Below, piece after piece: positions 33,069-43,472 of a DNA stretch of 64,000 nt; the stretch's first letter is position 1; every line of letters starts with the position of its first letter. The notes beneath the pieces are model-generated. The model searched no databases. It was given only the letters and a program-made list of their open reading frames with translations, and was not told the origin of the DNA. The DNA is taken from contig CBDBLX010000002.1 of the NCBI GenBank assembly GCA_965207445.1, positions 2,327,849 through 2,391,848 on the forward strand, in the 5' to 3' direction. Source of the stretch: Nitrosopumilus sp. (lineage in GTDB: Archaea > Thermoproteota > Nitrososphaeria > Nitrososphaerales > Nitrosopumilaceae). The position numbers and the translations under genes were made by a program.

Positions 33069-34103
33069 ATGAGTTGCTCAGGTGAAATAGTCGACATCGA
33101 GGATCAAGGTACAAGTCTGATACAGATAAAGCCTGCCATAGCAAAACAACTCAAAAAGGCAAAGTATGGCGTATCAGATCATTCAACAGTAGAGTTATGT
33201 CACTGGACCAAAAAATCATTTAGAGGTGAAGGAAACTGTTACAAACATAAATTTTATGGAATAAGCACACATAGATGTATGGAGTTTTCACCAGCAGGAA
33301 TGCATTGCGAAAATCGTTGTGTATATTGTTGGCGCCCCATGGAGTTTTATGACGCACTAAACATGGAGCCAGACAAAGTAGCAGCGCCACAGGACATTCT
33401 AGAAAACCTCATGGCAGAGAGAAAGAGATTGATTAATGGATATTACGGTAGTTCAAAAAATGACAAAAAGAAACTCGATGAATCGCTTTTGCCTGCGCAC
33501 TATGCAATATCTCTGTCAGGGGAACCTACGATGTATCCAAAACTACCAGAGTTGATAAAATATTTGTATACATTTGATGCAACAAAATCTGTATTTTTAG
33601 TGACGAATGGTCAAGAGCCACATATGATAGAAAAGATGCAAAATATGCCAGACACACTTCCTACACAATTGTACCTTTCAACAAATGCAGCAAATAGAGA
33701 GTCATTTATGAAGATAAACAAGCCCAGATATGAAGACTCTTGGGAGAGATGGAATGAAACTTTATTCATGTTAAAAAAACTCCCAACAAGAACAGTATTA
33801 CGCGTTACACTAATTCGCAAATATAACGACGATGAATCAATGATACCCACTTTTGCAAAGATGTTTGATGATGCCAGCCCACATTTTGTTGAGATAAAGT
33901 CATACATGCACATAGGACGGTCAACAAACAGACTAGAGTATGAGAACATGTTAAACATAGACGAAGTGAGAAAATTTGCAAAAAAGATAGTTGAACATAG
34001 TAATACATTTTCCATAATGGATGAGAGTGAGGTATCAAGAATTGTAATTTTACAAAACAACAAAAGAAAAATAAACCGATATATAGAATCTTATTTAAAG
34101 TAA
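33069..34103 (+). CDS. taw1: 4-demethylwyosine synthase (radical SAM, TYW1/Taw1)
   Basis: HSTVELCHWTK, CYKHKFYGI, CENRCVYCWR and ISLSGEPT motifs. Confidence 0.95.
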   Translation: MSCSGEIVDIEDQGTSLIQIKPAIAKQLKKAKYGVSDHSTVELCHWTKKSFRGEGNCYKHKFYGISTHRCMEFSPAGMHCENRCVYCWRPMEFYDALNMEPDKVAAPQDILENLMAERKRLINGYYGSSKNDKKKLDESLLPAHYAISLSGEPTMYPKLPELIKYLYTFDATKSVFLVTNGQEPHMIEKMQNMPDTLPTQLYLSTNAANRESFMKINKPRYEDSWERWNETLFMLKKLPTRTVLRVTLIRKYNDDESMIPTFAKMFDDASPHFVEIKSYMHIGRSTNRLEYENMLNIDEVRKFAKKIVEHSNTFSIMDESEVSRIVILQNNKRKINRYIESYLK

Positions 34104-34349
34104 CATATTATTACAAATATTTAAAAACATATAGCAGAAGATTCATTTTTATTCAAAAGTTTTATTTAAAAACATAACATGATTCAAAAATACAAACTCG
34201 ATGACTTTTTGATTCATCACATATGCAGATTTTTAATTTAAGACAAACATAAAATAAAATTCAAAGATACCAGTAAGTTGAACAATGCTGGAGATTCAAG
34301 TATCCATATATTATTATATTTTATATCACTAATTGGGCAGACATGTACA

Positions 34350-34907
34350 TCACGCGTGTTTTTCATACCAACTTGCAAATATTTTGAGTGCAGATGTTCT
34401 ATGAGACATGAGAATCTTTTGCATCATATCCATCTCTGCATATGTATTGCCATTGTAATGTTCAGGAACAAATATCGGGTCATAACCCCAGCCATCACCA
34501 ACAGGCGTTTTAGATATTGTACCACAAACTTGAGCCCGAAATGTATGATTCAACACGCCATCATCATATGCAACAACTGCAACAAACTTTGCATCTCTGT
34601 TATCAGATGTATGTAAAAGTCTCAATATGCCATTAACTCCGATCGTTTTATGTACATATGATGAAAAAGGGCCGGGGAATTCGTTTAATCCAGTTATAAA
34701 CAGACCATCATCTTCTACAAGTACGGGTGTGTTAAATTTCAAAAATGCATCATGTGCTTTGGATTGCGCGATTTCCTCTAGTGACTCAGATTGAATCTCA
34801 ATTAAATCTGATTTTATATAATTTGTAGTTAAACCAAGTTGTGTCAATATGATACTAGCCTCATCATATTTATGAGAATTTGAGGATACAAATGAAATCA
34901 TTGTCAT
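34350..34907 (-). CDS. rdgB: RdgB/HAM1 non-canonical purine NTP pyrophosphatase
   Basis: SSNSHK, VEDDGL, FPGP, GWGYDPIF and SHR motifs. Confidence 0.95.
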   Translation of the reverse strand: MTMISFVSSNSHKYDEASIILTQLGLTTNYIKSDLIEIQSESLEEIAQSKAHDAFLKFNTPVLVEDDGLFITGLNEFPGPFSSYVHKTIGVNGILRLLHTSDNRDAKFVAVVAYDDGVLNHTFRAQVCGTISKTPVGDGWGYDPIFVPEHYNGNTYAEMDMMQKILMSHRTSALKIFASWYEKHA

Positions 34908-35090
34908 GTAATTCCCATCATGAATATCATTACAAATATCATTATCGTTATTATAATAATGAAGAGAATAACATAATCATTTGCATCAATCCAATTTACA
35001 ATACCACTAGTAGCATCATTGTAGCCATCAATACAATAACCACAATTACAATAACCATCAATACAACAATCATCAATACAACAATCACAA

Positions 35091-35717
35091 TTACACAACT
35101 GTTGCATAACGCCCGCGTCCTTCTATCTCTAGTACAAGTTGTTTAATTTTAGCACATCGATCATATCCTACAACAGATGTGTATCCTTGCAGTAACTTTT
35201 TCCACGATGAATTCATTATACGTGCATGAGCGCTATTAAATATCTCCTTGATGAGTCTCATGTCCACTGCATGATCTTCGGGTTTTTGCGTGTTTTGAGA
35301 TAGTCCAAAGTCCAGCATATACAATATGTTGCGATCTTGGTTATAGACAAAGTTTGATGTAGTCAGATCACCGTGCATAATACCATTTTTGTGTAAGATA
35401 CCTACCAATCGTCCAATTGTACCAGAGAGATAAATTATAAGATCATCTGACAGTGACTGTACAGTTACACCTTTTACATATTGCATTATAATGGCAGATT
35501 TTTTAACATCAACCAAATATATCAAAGGAGTCGGTATACCAAATGTGCGCGCAGCACATATGATATTTGATTCTCGTACAGTACGTTGATGTCGTATTCG
35601 AGTATCTAATTGAGTATTACGGTAACTTTTTGGTTTGCGTATCTTCATTATTGCATCACGTCCATCCCACAGTATATGATAGATGTCTGCCTCTGCTCCC
35701 TTTTTGATAAGTTCCAT
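35091..35717 (-). CDS. bud32: KEOPS kinase Bud32
   Basis: KKGAEA, RKPKSYR, HGDLTTSN and DFGL motifs. Confidence 0.95.
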   Translation of the reverse strand: MELIKKGAEADIYHILWDGRDAIMKIRKPKSYRNTQLDTRIRHQRTVRESNIICAARTFGIPTPLIYLVDVKKSAIIMQYVKGVTVQSLSDDLIIYLSGTIGRLVGILHKNGIMHGDLTTSNFVYNQDRNILYMLDFGLSQNTQKPEDHAVDMRLIKEIFNSAHARIMNSSWKKLLQGYTSVVGYDRCAKIKQLVLEIEGRGRYATVV

Positions 35718-35754
35718 TATCGTTATAACTACAAGCATTCAATAAAAGTTAACT

Positions 35755-36114
35755 ATGGAAGAAAATGAAAAAAAGATCAGACAAGAAGACTGTAATGAAG
35801 ACAAGCTAGGTCCAGGCATACTAACTCTGACTAACAAACGCATTGCATTTGACAAGACAAGATCCCGCATAATGGATTTTAGCAAAAACATCGGAGATAC
35901 CATACTAGACGTCCCATTACACAACGTAACCGATACATGGAAGGAAGGTCTGTTTATGAAAAAGGTCTGTTTTACTGCACGTACAACAAATGGTGAGGAG
36001 ACTTACAAATTTGGAGTGTTCGGCCCAGGTAGTTGGAGAAACACAATAAAAGATGCAATAGATGAATATGATAAAGATAGATCGCACAACACAGAACAAA
36101 AATCACAACAGTGA
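35755..36114 (+). CDS. Hypothetical protein (PH/GRAM-like)
   Basis: GILTLTNKRIAF motif. Confidence 0.7.
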   Translation: MEENEKKIRQEDCNEDKLGPGILTLTNKRIAFDKTRSRIMDFSKNIGDTILDVPLHNVTDTWKEGLFMKKVCFTARTTNGEETYKFGVFGPGSWRNTIKDAIDEYDKDRSHNTEQKSQQ

Positions 36115-36300
36115 TCAATACTGTGAGATCTAGATATTTGCAACTAGTAGACTTGATCAGTGTCATGTATTGATCTGGTGCCAGATATAAAAATTGCAAT
36201 ATTTAAAAAATCTAGTCATATTATATATGATTAATTATTAATATGATCGTAACATTGTATTTTTGCTTATCTTTTACAAGTTATTCTCTTCAATAATCCA

Positions 36301-36533
36301 CAATGTGTTTTATATAATTTTATTTGAATAATCTACAATGTCGTTAAACATTGATGATCATACTTAATCAGATCAAATAAAAAGTATAAAGTATGGGAAT
36401 ATTCAATACATCTGAATATATATGAAAAATGAGGTACTAGAACATCAATATGAGTTAGGACAGGTAAATTGCAAAGTTTTACGAAAACGGTTCATCGATC
36501 TCGGACTAAATATATCAACCAGATATAACAACA
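36301..36533 (+). mobile_element. ISH3-like IS 5' remnant
   Basis: Matches the 5' region of the copies at 59910-60140 and 53195-53420 (MKNEVLEHQYELGQVN); truncated at a MITE. Confidence 0.85.
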
Positions 36534-36614
36534 GTAACAGTTCAACTCATTATCAAGTTTAGACAAAGATTCATCGCCTAACTTCTAGTGCAGGCACGGG
36601 GGTTGAACGGTTAC
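36534..36614 (+). mobile_element. MITE family A (diverged copy)
   Basis: gtaacagttcaac ... gggttgaacggttac; internal similarity to 42743-42822. Confidence 0.85.
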
Positions 36615-36760
36615 ATTTGTTAAATAATTTAAAAAATGATCGAGTTAATAATTAATATAATTAATTAAATGGAAAAAATAAATATGTTCTTATAAAATAT
36701 TAATTACCTATACGGTTTAATATCATACAACATTATATCACACAACATTATAGCACAACT

Positions 36761-37906
36761 TCAATAATCTACACGAACAGAATCAAGTCGCCACGATTGT
36801 GTCACAAAGGTATCAGATATCTTGACCCCAGACTTTACATTTGACTCAAGTAGACCCGTCCAACATATCTGGCTTCCACAATCTCCGGCATAATTTAATG
36901 GAACTACAAAAAACTTGCAAGAATGTCTCCTAGATACATCCTTGAGCATAGCAGAGAGTCGTTTATTGGCAGCAACACCACCTACTATCATCAACTCACG
37001 TTTTCCAGTAAATGATAATGCACGTTCCACTGCCTCACCTATCATTGCAAACGCAGTTTCTTGTAATGAAAAACAGGCGGCATGTTTATCAGTGGTCGCA
37101 GCAGATTTTGCAGCAGACAACAGTCCAGAAAAAGATACATCATTTCCCTTTACCGTATATGGAAGAGGAATATAGTGTTGATCAGAGTCGGTGTTTTTTT
37201 GTTTTTTTTCATTATTGGTATTAGGCACACCACCATCATCACCACCATCATCACCACCATCATCACCACCATCACCACCATCATCACCACCATCATCACC
37301 ACCATCACCACCATAATTTCTCAAAACAGATCTTTGCAGTGCCATCTCTTCAATTATCTTACCACATGGAGATGCGAGTCCAAGTGTCCGCCCAAATTGA
37401 TCAAGTAATTGTCCTAGTGTAATATCTAGTGTCTCACCAAATACTCGCCATTGTTTGTCCAAAAATGCCAACAGCATTGTATGCCCACCTGATACGAGTA
37501 ATACCAATGGATTCTTTGCCCCGGTAAGTAGCTTGCCAAGCTCAATGTGTCCTATAGCATGATTAACAGGATAGATTGGAATTTTGTGAAAAGAACCAAG
37601 TGATCTCGCCACTACAGCACCAACACGCAAGCAAGGTCCAAGACCAGGTCCAGCAGCATATGATATTATATCCACATCTTTAATCGAGACACCAGATTGC
37701 TCAAGACAGTCACGTAATACCTGAGGCGCGTACTCTACATGATGACGTGATGCTTCTCGAGGATGTATCCCTTCACCATCATCAGGCTTGTAAATATGAC
37801 GTACATCAGAGAGTATCACCCCTCTATCATAACCACGCTTTTCAAGTATGGCACAAGAGAATGTATGTGCAGTACTTTCGATACCCAAGCCAATAGTCTT
37901 TGCCAT
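36761..37906 (-). CDS. kae1: KEOPS N6-threonylcarbamoyltransferase Kae1, with a Gly/Asp-rich insertion
   Basis: GIESTAH, GIHPREA, GPGLGPCL, VNHAIGHIE, VSGGHT and GGVAAN motifs. Confidence 0.96.
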   Translation of the reverse strand: MAKTIGLGIESTAHTFSCAILEKRGYDRGVILSDVRHIYKPDDGEGIHPREASRHHVEYAPQVLRDCLEQSGVSIKDVDIISYAAGPGLGPCLRVGAVVARSLGSFHKIPIYPVNHAIGHIELGKLLTGAKNPLVLLVSGGHTMLLAFLDKQWRVFGETLDITLGQLLDQFGRTLGLASPCGKIIEEMALQRSVLRNYGGDGGDDGGDDGGDGGDDGGDDGGDDGGVPNTNNEKKQKNTDSDQHYIPLPYTVKGNDVSFSGLLSAAKSAATTDKHAACFSLQETAFAMIGEAVERALSFTGKRELMIVGGVAANKRLSAMLKDVSRRHSCKFFVVPLNYAGDCGSQICWTGLLESNVKSGVKISDTFVTQSWRLDSVRVDY

Positions 37907-37907
37907 T

Positions 37908-39113
37908 TCATCCTCGGCTCATAGTAGATACAATCTTAATCACATCACCGTCGCATAATTGTTTACTACCACTTATCCGTTGTTTTGTTTTACAGTCAAT
38001 TGCATGAAGTAGTCCTTGCGCTAAATCAGCATGTACTAATGTCGCCAAGTCCTTTACAGTTGAACCTTTTTTAATTAATTTAGTATCAGGTAATACTTGT
38101 CCATCCTTGTTTGTGAGTTTATTTTCATCCTCTACAGGATAGACCACAATATAATCTAGCATCTCAAACACTGCACGATTCAATATCTTTTGTACCCCCG
38201 TATCAGATATTGCAGACAAGATAGAAGCAGTCATCTTTAATGCATTTTGTTGAGAAAGTGGCAAATCAGTAAGTTGTTTTTTGACCTCAAACTTTTCAGA
38301 ACCAATCTCATACGATATTATCCCTGCTTTGGCGGCCTTGCGTAATAACAGTTCAGTCTCTGCGCTACACGGCATTACATATCCACCAACTTGTTTAAGA
38401 CGTTCAATCACATTACCAGCATCATCACCACACAAATCAATCTTATTTGCAGCAATTATCATAGGTTTTGAGTCAGCACGTAGCTCACGTGCAAATAACA
38501 CAATATCAGATTCTGACCATTCAGTCGGACTTCTCCCTTCAAAACTTATTTTTGTCAAAACACGATTTACATCAGATGTACTTACACCTAGTCCCGAGAA
38601 TCTTTGCGCTATACCATCGACGAGTTTGGTACGTTTTTGGCCAACCTCACGTACGATCTTGTCCCAATCACGGCTTAGAATATCTGCAAACCATAAATCA
38701 AACTCATCTTTTACAAACTTTACATCCTCAGTCGGATCGTGTGTTCCTGCCGATACAGGCTGACCACATATGTCAGTAGTACCTGCAGCATCTACAACAT
38801 GTATGAGAATCTCTGCTTGTCTTGCATTATCAAGAAATTTATTTCCAAGTCCTTTGCCTTGATGTGCGCCAGGCACCAAACCTGCAACATCAATTAATCG
38901 TATAGGCACGAGTCTAGTTCCATTATTGCACGGACAGTCTTGATATGAGATTCCAAAGTGTTTGCATGCACAATCAGTCTCAACATGTGCAACACCAACA
39001 TTTGGCTCTATTGTGGTAAATGGAAAATTACCAGATGGAACCGTCACCTCTGTTGCAGCAGAAAAGAATGTTGATTTGCCGACATTTGCTTTTCCCAATA
39101 GTCCAATCTGCAT
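37908..39113 (-). CDS. ychF: YchF/Obg-family translation-associated ATPase/GTPase
   Basis: GKANVGKST, FPFTTIEPN, DVAGLVPGA and NKID motifs; C-terminal TGS-like domain. Confidence 0.93.
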   Translation of the reverse strand: MQIGLLGKANVGKSTFFSAATEVTVPSGNFPFTTIEPNVGVAHVETDCACKHFGISYQDCPCNNGTRLVPIRLIDVAGLVPGAHQGKGLGNKFLDNARQAEILIHVVDAAGTTDICGQPVSAGTHDPTEDVKFVKDEFDLWFADILSRDWDKIVREVGQKRTKLVDGIAQRFSGLGVSTSDVNRVLTKISFEGRSPTEWSESDIVLFARELRADSKPMIIAANKIDLCGDDAGNVIERLKQVGGYVMPCSAETELLLRKAAKAGIISYEIGSEKFEVKKQLTDLPLSQQNALKMTASILSAISDTGVQKILNRAVFEMLDYIVVYPVEDENKLTNKDGQVLPDTKLIKKGSTVKDLATLVHADLAQGLLHAIDCKTKQRISGSKQLCDGDVIKIVSTMSRG

Positions 39114-39162
39114 TAAATGTATAAAATACCTACTTTATATTAGTATTACAAAATGAGGCACT

Positions 39163-39933
39163 ATGAACAGTAATATGACAATAACAAAAGAGACAAAAAC
39201 AGCAACGAAAAAACATACTGGCACAATAATAATAATAATAACAGGAACCCCCGGAGTTGGAAAGCATACTGTTGCAAAAGAGATTATGAAAATGACAGCC
39301 GACTGGCACATTATTGATGTAAACGAATCAGCTCGTAAAGCAGGGCTATATGAGTATAATATAGATGCACATACAAATGATGTACATTACACCACTAGCA
39401 AACATAATAAAAACACAATTGATATTGATACAGATAAACTCTCAAATATAATAAAACAAGAGATCAAAGCATCCAAAAACTACATTGTAGTCGGACATTT
39501 GGCACCATATGTCATACAAGCAACAAAAGAGGTCATATTTGTAGCCATACTGAGACGAGACCCATATGATCTTCTCAAAGTTTACAAAGATAGAGGGTAC
39601 ACAGATTTAAAATCCCGCGAGAACGCAGGATCAGAGGCACTAGGGGTAATTGCATACGATACGTTTGCAGCATCATATAACAGAATAGGTCAATTTAACA
39701 CAACAAAAAGAGATCCCAAAAAAGTGGCAAGGGGGATACTTGATGTAATACATGACATACGTCATAACAATAAGAGTAGTGATTACAACTCACAACATCC
39801 AATAAGCAAAAAAAACATAGAGCCATGGAAACCCATAGATTGGATGCGAGACGATGATGATTATAATGATGATGACATTGGCAGAGTATCTACAAAGACA
39901 CGACGTATGCTAGAGGATTTTTTCAAAAACTGA
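39163..39933 (+). CDS. Fap7/AK6-type adenylate kinase
   Basis: ITGTPGVGK P-loop, VVGHL, RGY...K.REN. Confidence 0.88.
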   Translation: MNSNMTITKETKTATKKHTGTIIIIITGTPGVGKHTVAKEIMKMTADWHIIDVNESARKAGLYEYNIDAHTNDVHYTTSKHNKNTIDIDTDKLSNIIKQEIKASKNYIVVGHLAPYVIQATKEVIFVAILRRDPYDLLKVYKDRGYTDLKSRENAGSEALGVIAYDTFAASYNRIGQFNTTKRDPKKVARGILDVIHDIRHNNKSSDYNSQHPISKKNIEPWKPIDWMRDDDDYNDDDIGRVSTKTRRMLEDFFKN

Positions 39934-40032
39934 TCAAAATATTACATATGAATATTTTGTAGATAATCATACGTGTAATTTGTCAAAATGTCCAAATGGT
40001 AATTAATTATAGAGTACATAGATCAACACAAT

Positions 40033-41559
40033 ATGCACTTTGAGATATTAAAGACAGACCTGGCAGCTAGAATCGGCAAAATATACACAGAGCATGGTAT
40101 AGTTAAGACTCCAGCATATGTTCCAGTAATACATCCTGCCAAACAGATCATACCAACAAAATACATCAAGGATATGGGATTCGATATCGTCATTACCAAC
40201 GCATACATTACAAGAAATGTATACGGTGACAAGGCAATTAAACACGGCATACATAATATAATCAAATATGATGGAGCCGTAATGACTGACTCGGGAGGAT
40301 ATCAAGTTCTCGAGTATGGCAAGGTCAAAGTTACGCCACAAGAGATGGCCGCATTTGAGAGAGGCATACGGACAGACTTTGCAATACCCCTTGACAAACC
40401 TACAGGATTTGGCATGTCAGCAGATATGGCAGAGTCATATGTCAAACACACACTCAAAGTATCAAAAGAGACATTAAAGAATCGTGGCAAACAGAACCAA
40501 ACATGGGTCGGACCAATACAAGGAGGTGAACATTTTGATCTTGTAGCAAAGTCTACAAAAAGTCTAGTAAAGATGGGCTTTGAGATGTTAGCACTAGGTA
40601 GTCCAGTTGAGTTTATGGAGTCTTACGAGTATAGGCTATTAGCAAAAATGATCATAACTGCGAAGCAGAATATGCCACACAACATACCACTTCATCTGTT
40701 TGGTGCAGGCCACCCACTTACAATATCGCTTGCAGTAGCATTGGGATGCGACACATTTGACTCTGCATCATACGTGTTATATGCAAAACAACGACGATAC
40801 ATGACAGAAGACGGCACACGAAATCTAGATGAGATAGAGTACTTTCCATGCTGTTGTGTTATATGCTCAAAGTACACTCCAAATGAGATGCGCCAAATGG
40901 ACGATGACATATTAACAAAAGAGTTAGGAATACATAATCTGTATGCAATAAAGCTAGAACTAGACAAGACAAGACAAGCTATTGTAGAGGGCCGGTTATG
41001 GGAGTATGTAATAAAAAAGTCAAGGGCACATCCCAAGTTATACGAGGCAATTAACAAAATTATTGCAACACCAAGCATCACACCATATTTTAAGACTGGA
41101 ACTTTACAATTCAAACAAAAAGCAGTGTTCTTGTATAATATAGAGGACCAATACAGACCAGAGGTTATAGCATACCATGAGATAACTCGAGCATTTAAAA
41201 CAAAAAAGAGCAAAATTGTGATTATATCAGAGTCTCACATAAAACCAGGATACATGTCACGTGATTATAAAAAAGTATACAAGAATGTAGACAAAAAAGA
41301 CACACAAATTTGTCAGTACAATCCCATACTGGGAATTATACCAATTGAGCTATCAGACATGTATCCGGCAGCACAGCACGAGTCAGCACATATTTACATA
41401 GAACCTTCAAAATGCACAGAGTTCTTACACACATGGAATGCATTATTTGAGAATAACAAATTTGAGGAGATCTATTATGATAAGAGTGACGAATTCTTGA
41501 GTTATTTTGTAAAAATGCTCAAAGGAGTAAAGAGGCAAACACTCTACCTACACAAATGA
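40033..41559 (+). CDS. tgtA: Archaeosine tRNA-guanine(15) transglycosylase
   Basis: TDSGGYQ, PIQGG, HLFGAGHP, GCDTFDSASY and zinc-site CxCxxC...H. Confidence 0.95.
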   Translation: MHFEILKTDLAARIGKIYTEHGIVKTPAYVPVIHPAKQIIPTKYIKDMGFDIVITNAYITRNVYGDKAIKHGIHNIIKYDGAVMTDSGGYQVLEYGKVKVTPQEMAAFERGIRTDFAIPLDKPTGFGMSADMAESYVKHTLKVSKETLKNRGKQNQTWVGPIQGGEHFDLVAKSTKSLVKMGFEMLALGSPVEFMESYEYRLLAKMIITAKQNMPHNIPLHLFGAGHPLTISLAVALGCDTFDSASYVLYAKQRRYMTEDGTRNLDEIEYFPCCCVICSKYTPNEMRQMDDDILTKELGIHNLYAIKLELDKTRQAIVEGRLWEYVIKKSRAHPKLYEAINKIIATPSITPYFKTGTLQFKQKAVFLYNIEDQYRPEVIAYHEITRAFKTKKSKIVIISESHIKPGYMSRDYKKVYKNVDKKDTQICQYNPILGIIPIELSDMYPAAQHESAHIYIEPSKCTEFLHTWNALFENNKFEEIYYDKSDEFLSYFVKMLKGVKRQTLYLHK

Positions 41560-41890
41560 TATGATAATCATTTCACGTATAATTTCAATTGTACAAGAAA
41601 ATGAAAATTTATGAATTCATTTTTTAATTTCAGAATATTATAAAACAGATCATGTATGTTGTTATGGTAATTGTTATTGTATGGTAATTGTTATTGTGTG
41701 GTAATTGTTATGATTGTAATGAAACCATCCAAACAGATCTTTTAACAATCTACCATTATGTCTCAGCAATTCGTCTGTACTTGACCACAATAATGGACTA
41801 GTTAACTAATCAAAGTGTTAAATTCCAACATAGACAGTGATCAGAGCCACATGATCTAAAATAAGAAAGAAAAGAAAAGAAAAAGAGCGG

Positions 41891-42193
41891 TTATAGTGCC
41901 GCATCTTCGGCCCAGCCATTAATGAAGACACCGTTCTTGTGGAGCGGTACTGGCTGTCCTGCAGTATAGTTCATTGGTCTCATCCAAAAGATGGACTTTG
42001 TCGGGCATACACCAATGCATGCACCGTCTGAGATACATCTCTCGGGATAAAAGACAAATGCTTTACCACGTTTCCAGCCTTCGACTGGTTTTACTCTTAG
42101 GACATCAGGTCCCAAAGACGTACAGATCTCTACGCACAGTGCGCAGCCGATACATCTCTGTTCATCGATGTCAGGTAGTATTGCTATAGGCAT
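41891..42193 (-). CDS. 4Fe-4S dicluster ferredoxin
   Basis: CIGCALCVEIC and CISDGACIGVCP. Confidence 0.95.
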   Translation of the reverse strand: MPIAILPDIDEQRCIGCALCVEICTSLGPDVLRVKPVEGWKRGKAFVFYPERCISDGACIGVCPTKSIFWMRPMNYTAGQPVPLHKNGVFINGWAEDAAL

Positions 42194-42286
42194 TACACTA
42201 TGAATTCTTGTTATTTAGTATTTAAACTATGAGTGAATACTATAACCCTGTTATGAAAAACGTGCAGTACACAACGAACAGTAAAA

Positions 42287-42907
42287 GTCAGGGAATCATG
42301 TCACCCCGACACATAAGAGACATGACGTGCAAGGACAGATAATGATTTGCACAGTAAAAACCATATTCATTGAGAATTCCAGAGCAGTTTATCATATATC
42401 ACAACACGCGTATACATCGCAGCCTTTATGGCCAAACACCGATCAGTACATACAAAGAAAGAATACTCTCAGAGGGAGAATCTCACCAAAGCGACGTCTG
42501 AGTTGACTCGCATAATGTTTCAAATAAAAAATTGAAAATCCCATCTACAAATATCTATAGATCAAGAACAATAAATGAATATAAAAGACCAAAAACTTTT
42601 GGATCACTATTTTAATTACTACGCATATTGACTGAACTGAGAGTACTTCCATACACCACAGTGTATTCTATGTACCGTGACGTAAAAACCCGATCATTTT
42701 ATGCCCAATTTACTGAATCGGCAATTACCACCCCACATTGGCGTAACCGTTCAACCCCTTCCCAAATTTAGGCACAAATTCATCGCCTAACGTCTGGCGC
42801 AGGTACGGGGTTGAACGGTTACCACATTGGCCCTGCTAAAAACTGATATTCGGCCATGTCGTAGGAAATACATGTCACAACTCTATGAGGTGACATCATT
42901 TCTCGAC
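42287..42907 (+). mobile_element. Degenerate IS remnant, same family as 23520-24213
   Basis: TIRs agtcagggaatcatgtcacc / ggtgacatcatttctcgact; shared internal blocks. Confidence 0.7.
42743..42822 (+). mobile_element. MITE family A with 9-bp TSD (cacattggc)
   Basis: 16-bp TIR gtaaccgttcaacccc; direct repeat at 42734-42742 and 42823-42831. Confidence 0.95.
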
Positions 42908-42969
42908 TATACAACAGCGAACAGTACAAAAAATAAATAAATAAAGAAAAGAAATGCGCAATAATGTAA

Positions 42970-43191
42970 TTACTTTGCTTTTTCTCTCATTGCGTCGATC
43001 TGACCTGATGTAACCCAATCAAGCAGTTCAGCAGAACTTGGATTTAGATCGGCCTTCTTATTCATAAGATTACTAACCCAGATCCAGTTAATTTGGTTCA
43101 GCAGTGGCTTGTTATCTTCGTCATCTGCACGAGTTTTCCTTACAAGATCAGCATCTTGCTCTGAAAGCCATTGCTCAAAGGTTCTTCCCAT
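42970..43191 (-). CDS. Small hypothetical protein
   Basis: 73-aa ORF preceded by a TTTAA box; protein-like composition. Confidence 0.8.
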   Translation of the reverse strand: MGRTFEQWLSEQDADLVRKTRADDEDNKPLLNQINWIWVSNLMNKKADLNPSSAELLDWVTSGQIDAMREKAK

Positions 43192-43472
43192 AAATTGCCA
43201 AAAGTTGATTATAGTAATTAAAGCTTTTGAAGATTACACACTACATAAAATCACAATCGTTTAACTTTTCTGAAATCTAGGCGTAAATTTTAGATGTGAT
43301 TGTTCAGATACAGGTAAAATGATACATAAAATAAGTCATACACGATACAACATACAAGGAAAATACAACGCATAAATCACAAAATGACAAGAGGTACGTG
43401 TTTAAATGAGCTCAAATTTATGTAATGTGAAAAAAGAAGGGTTTTAACGTAGATGTTTTTGAGTATTAATTC

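Noticed and set aside
34880..35146. Cys-rich and Thr/Ile-rich ORFs between rdgB and bud32
   Set aside because: Translations of a low-complexity trinucleotide tract.
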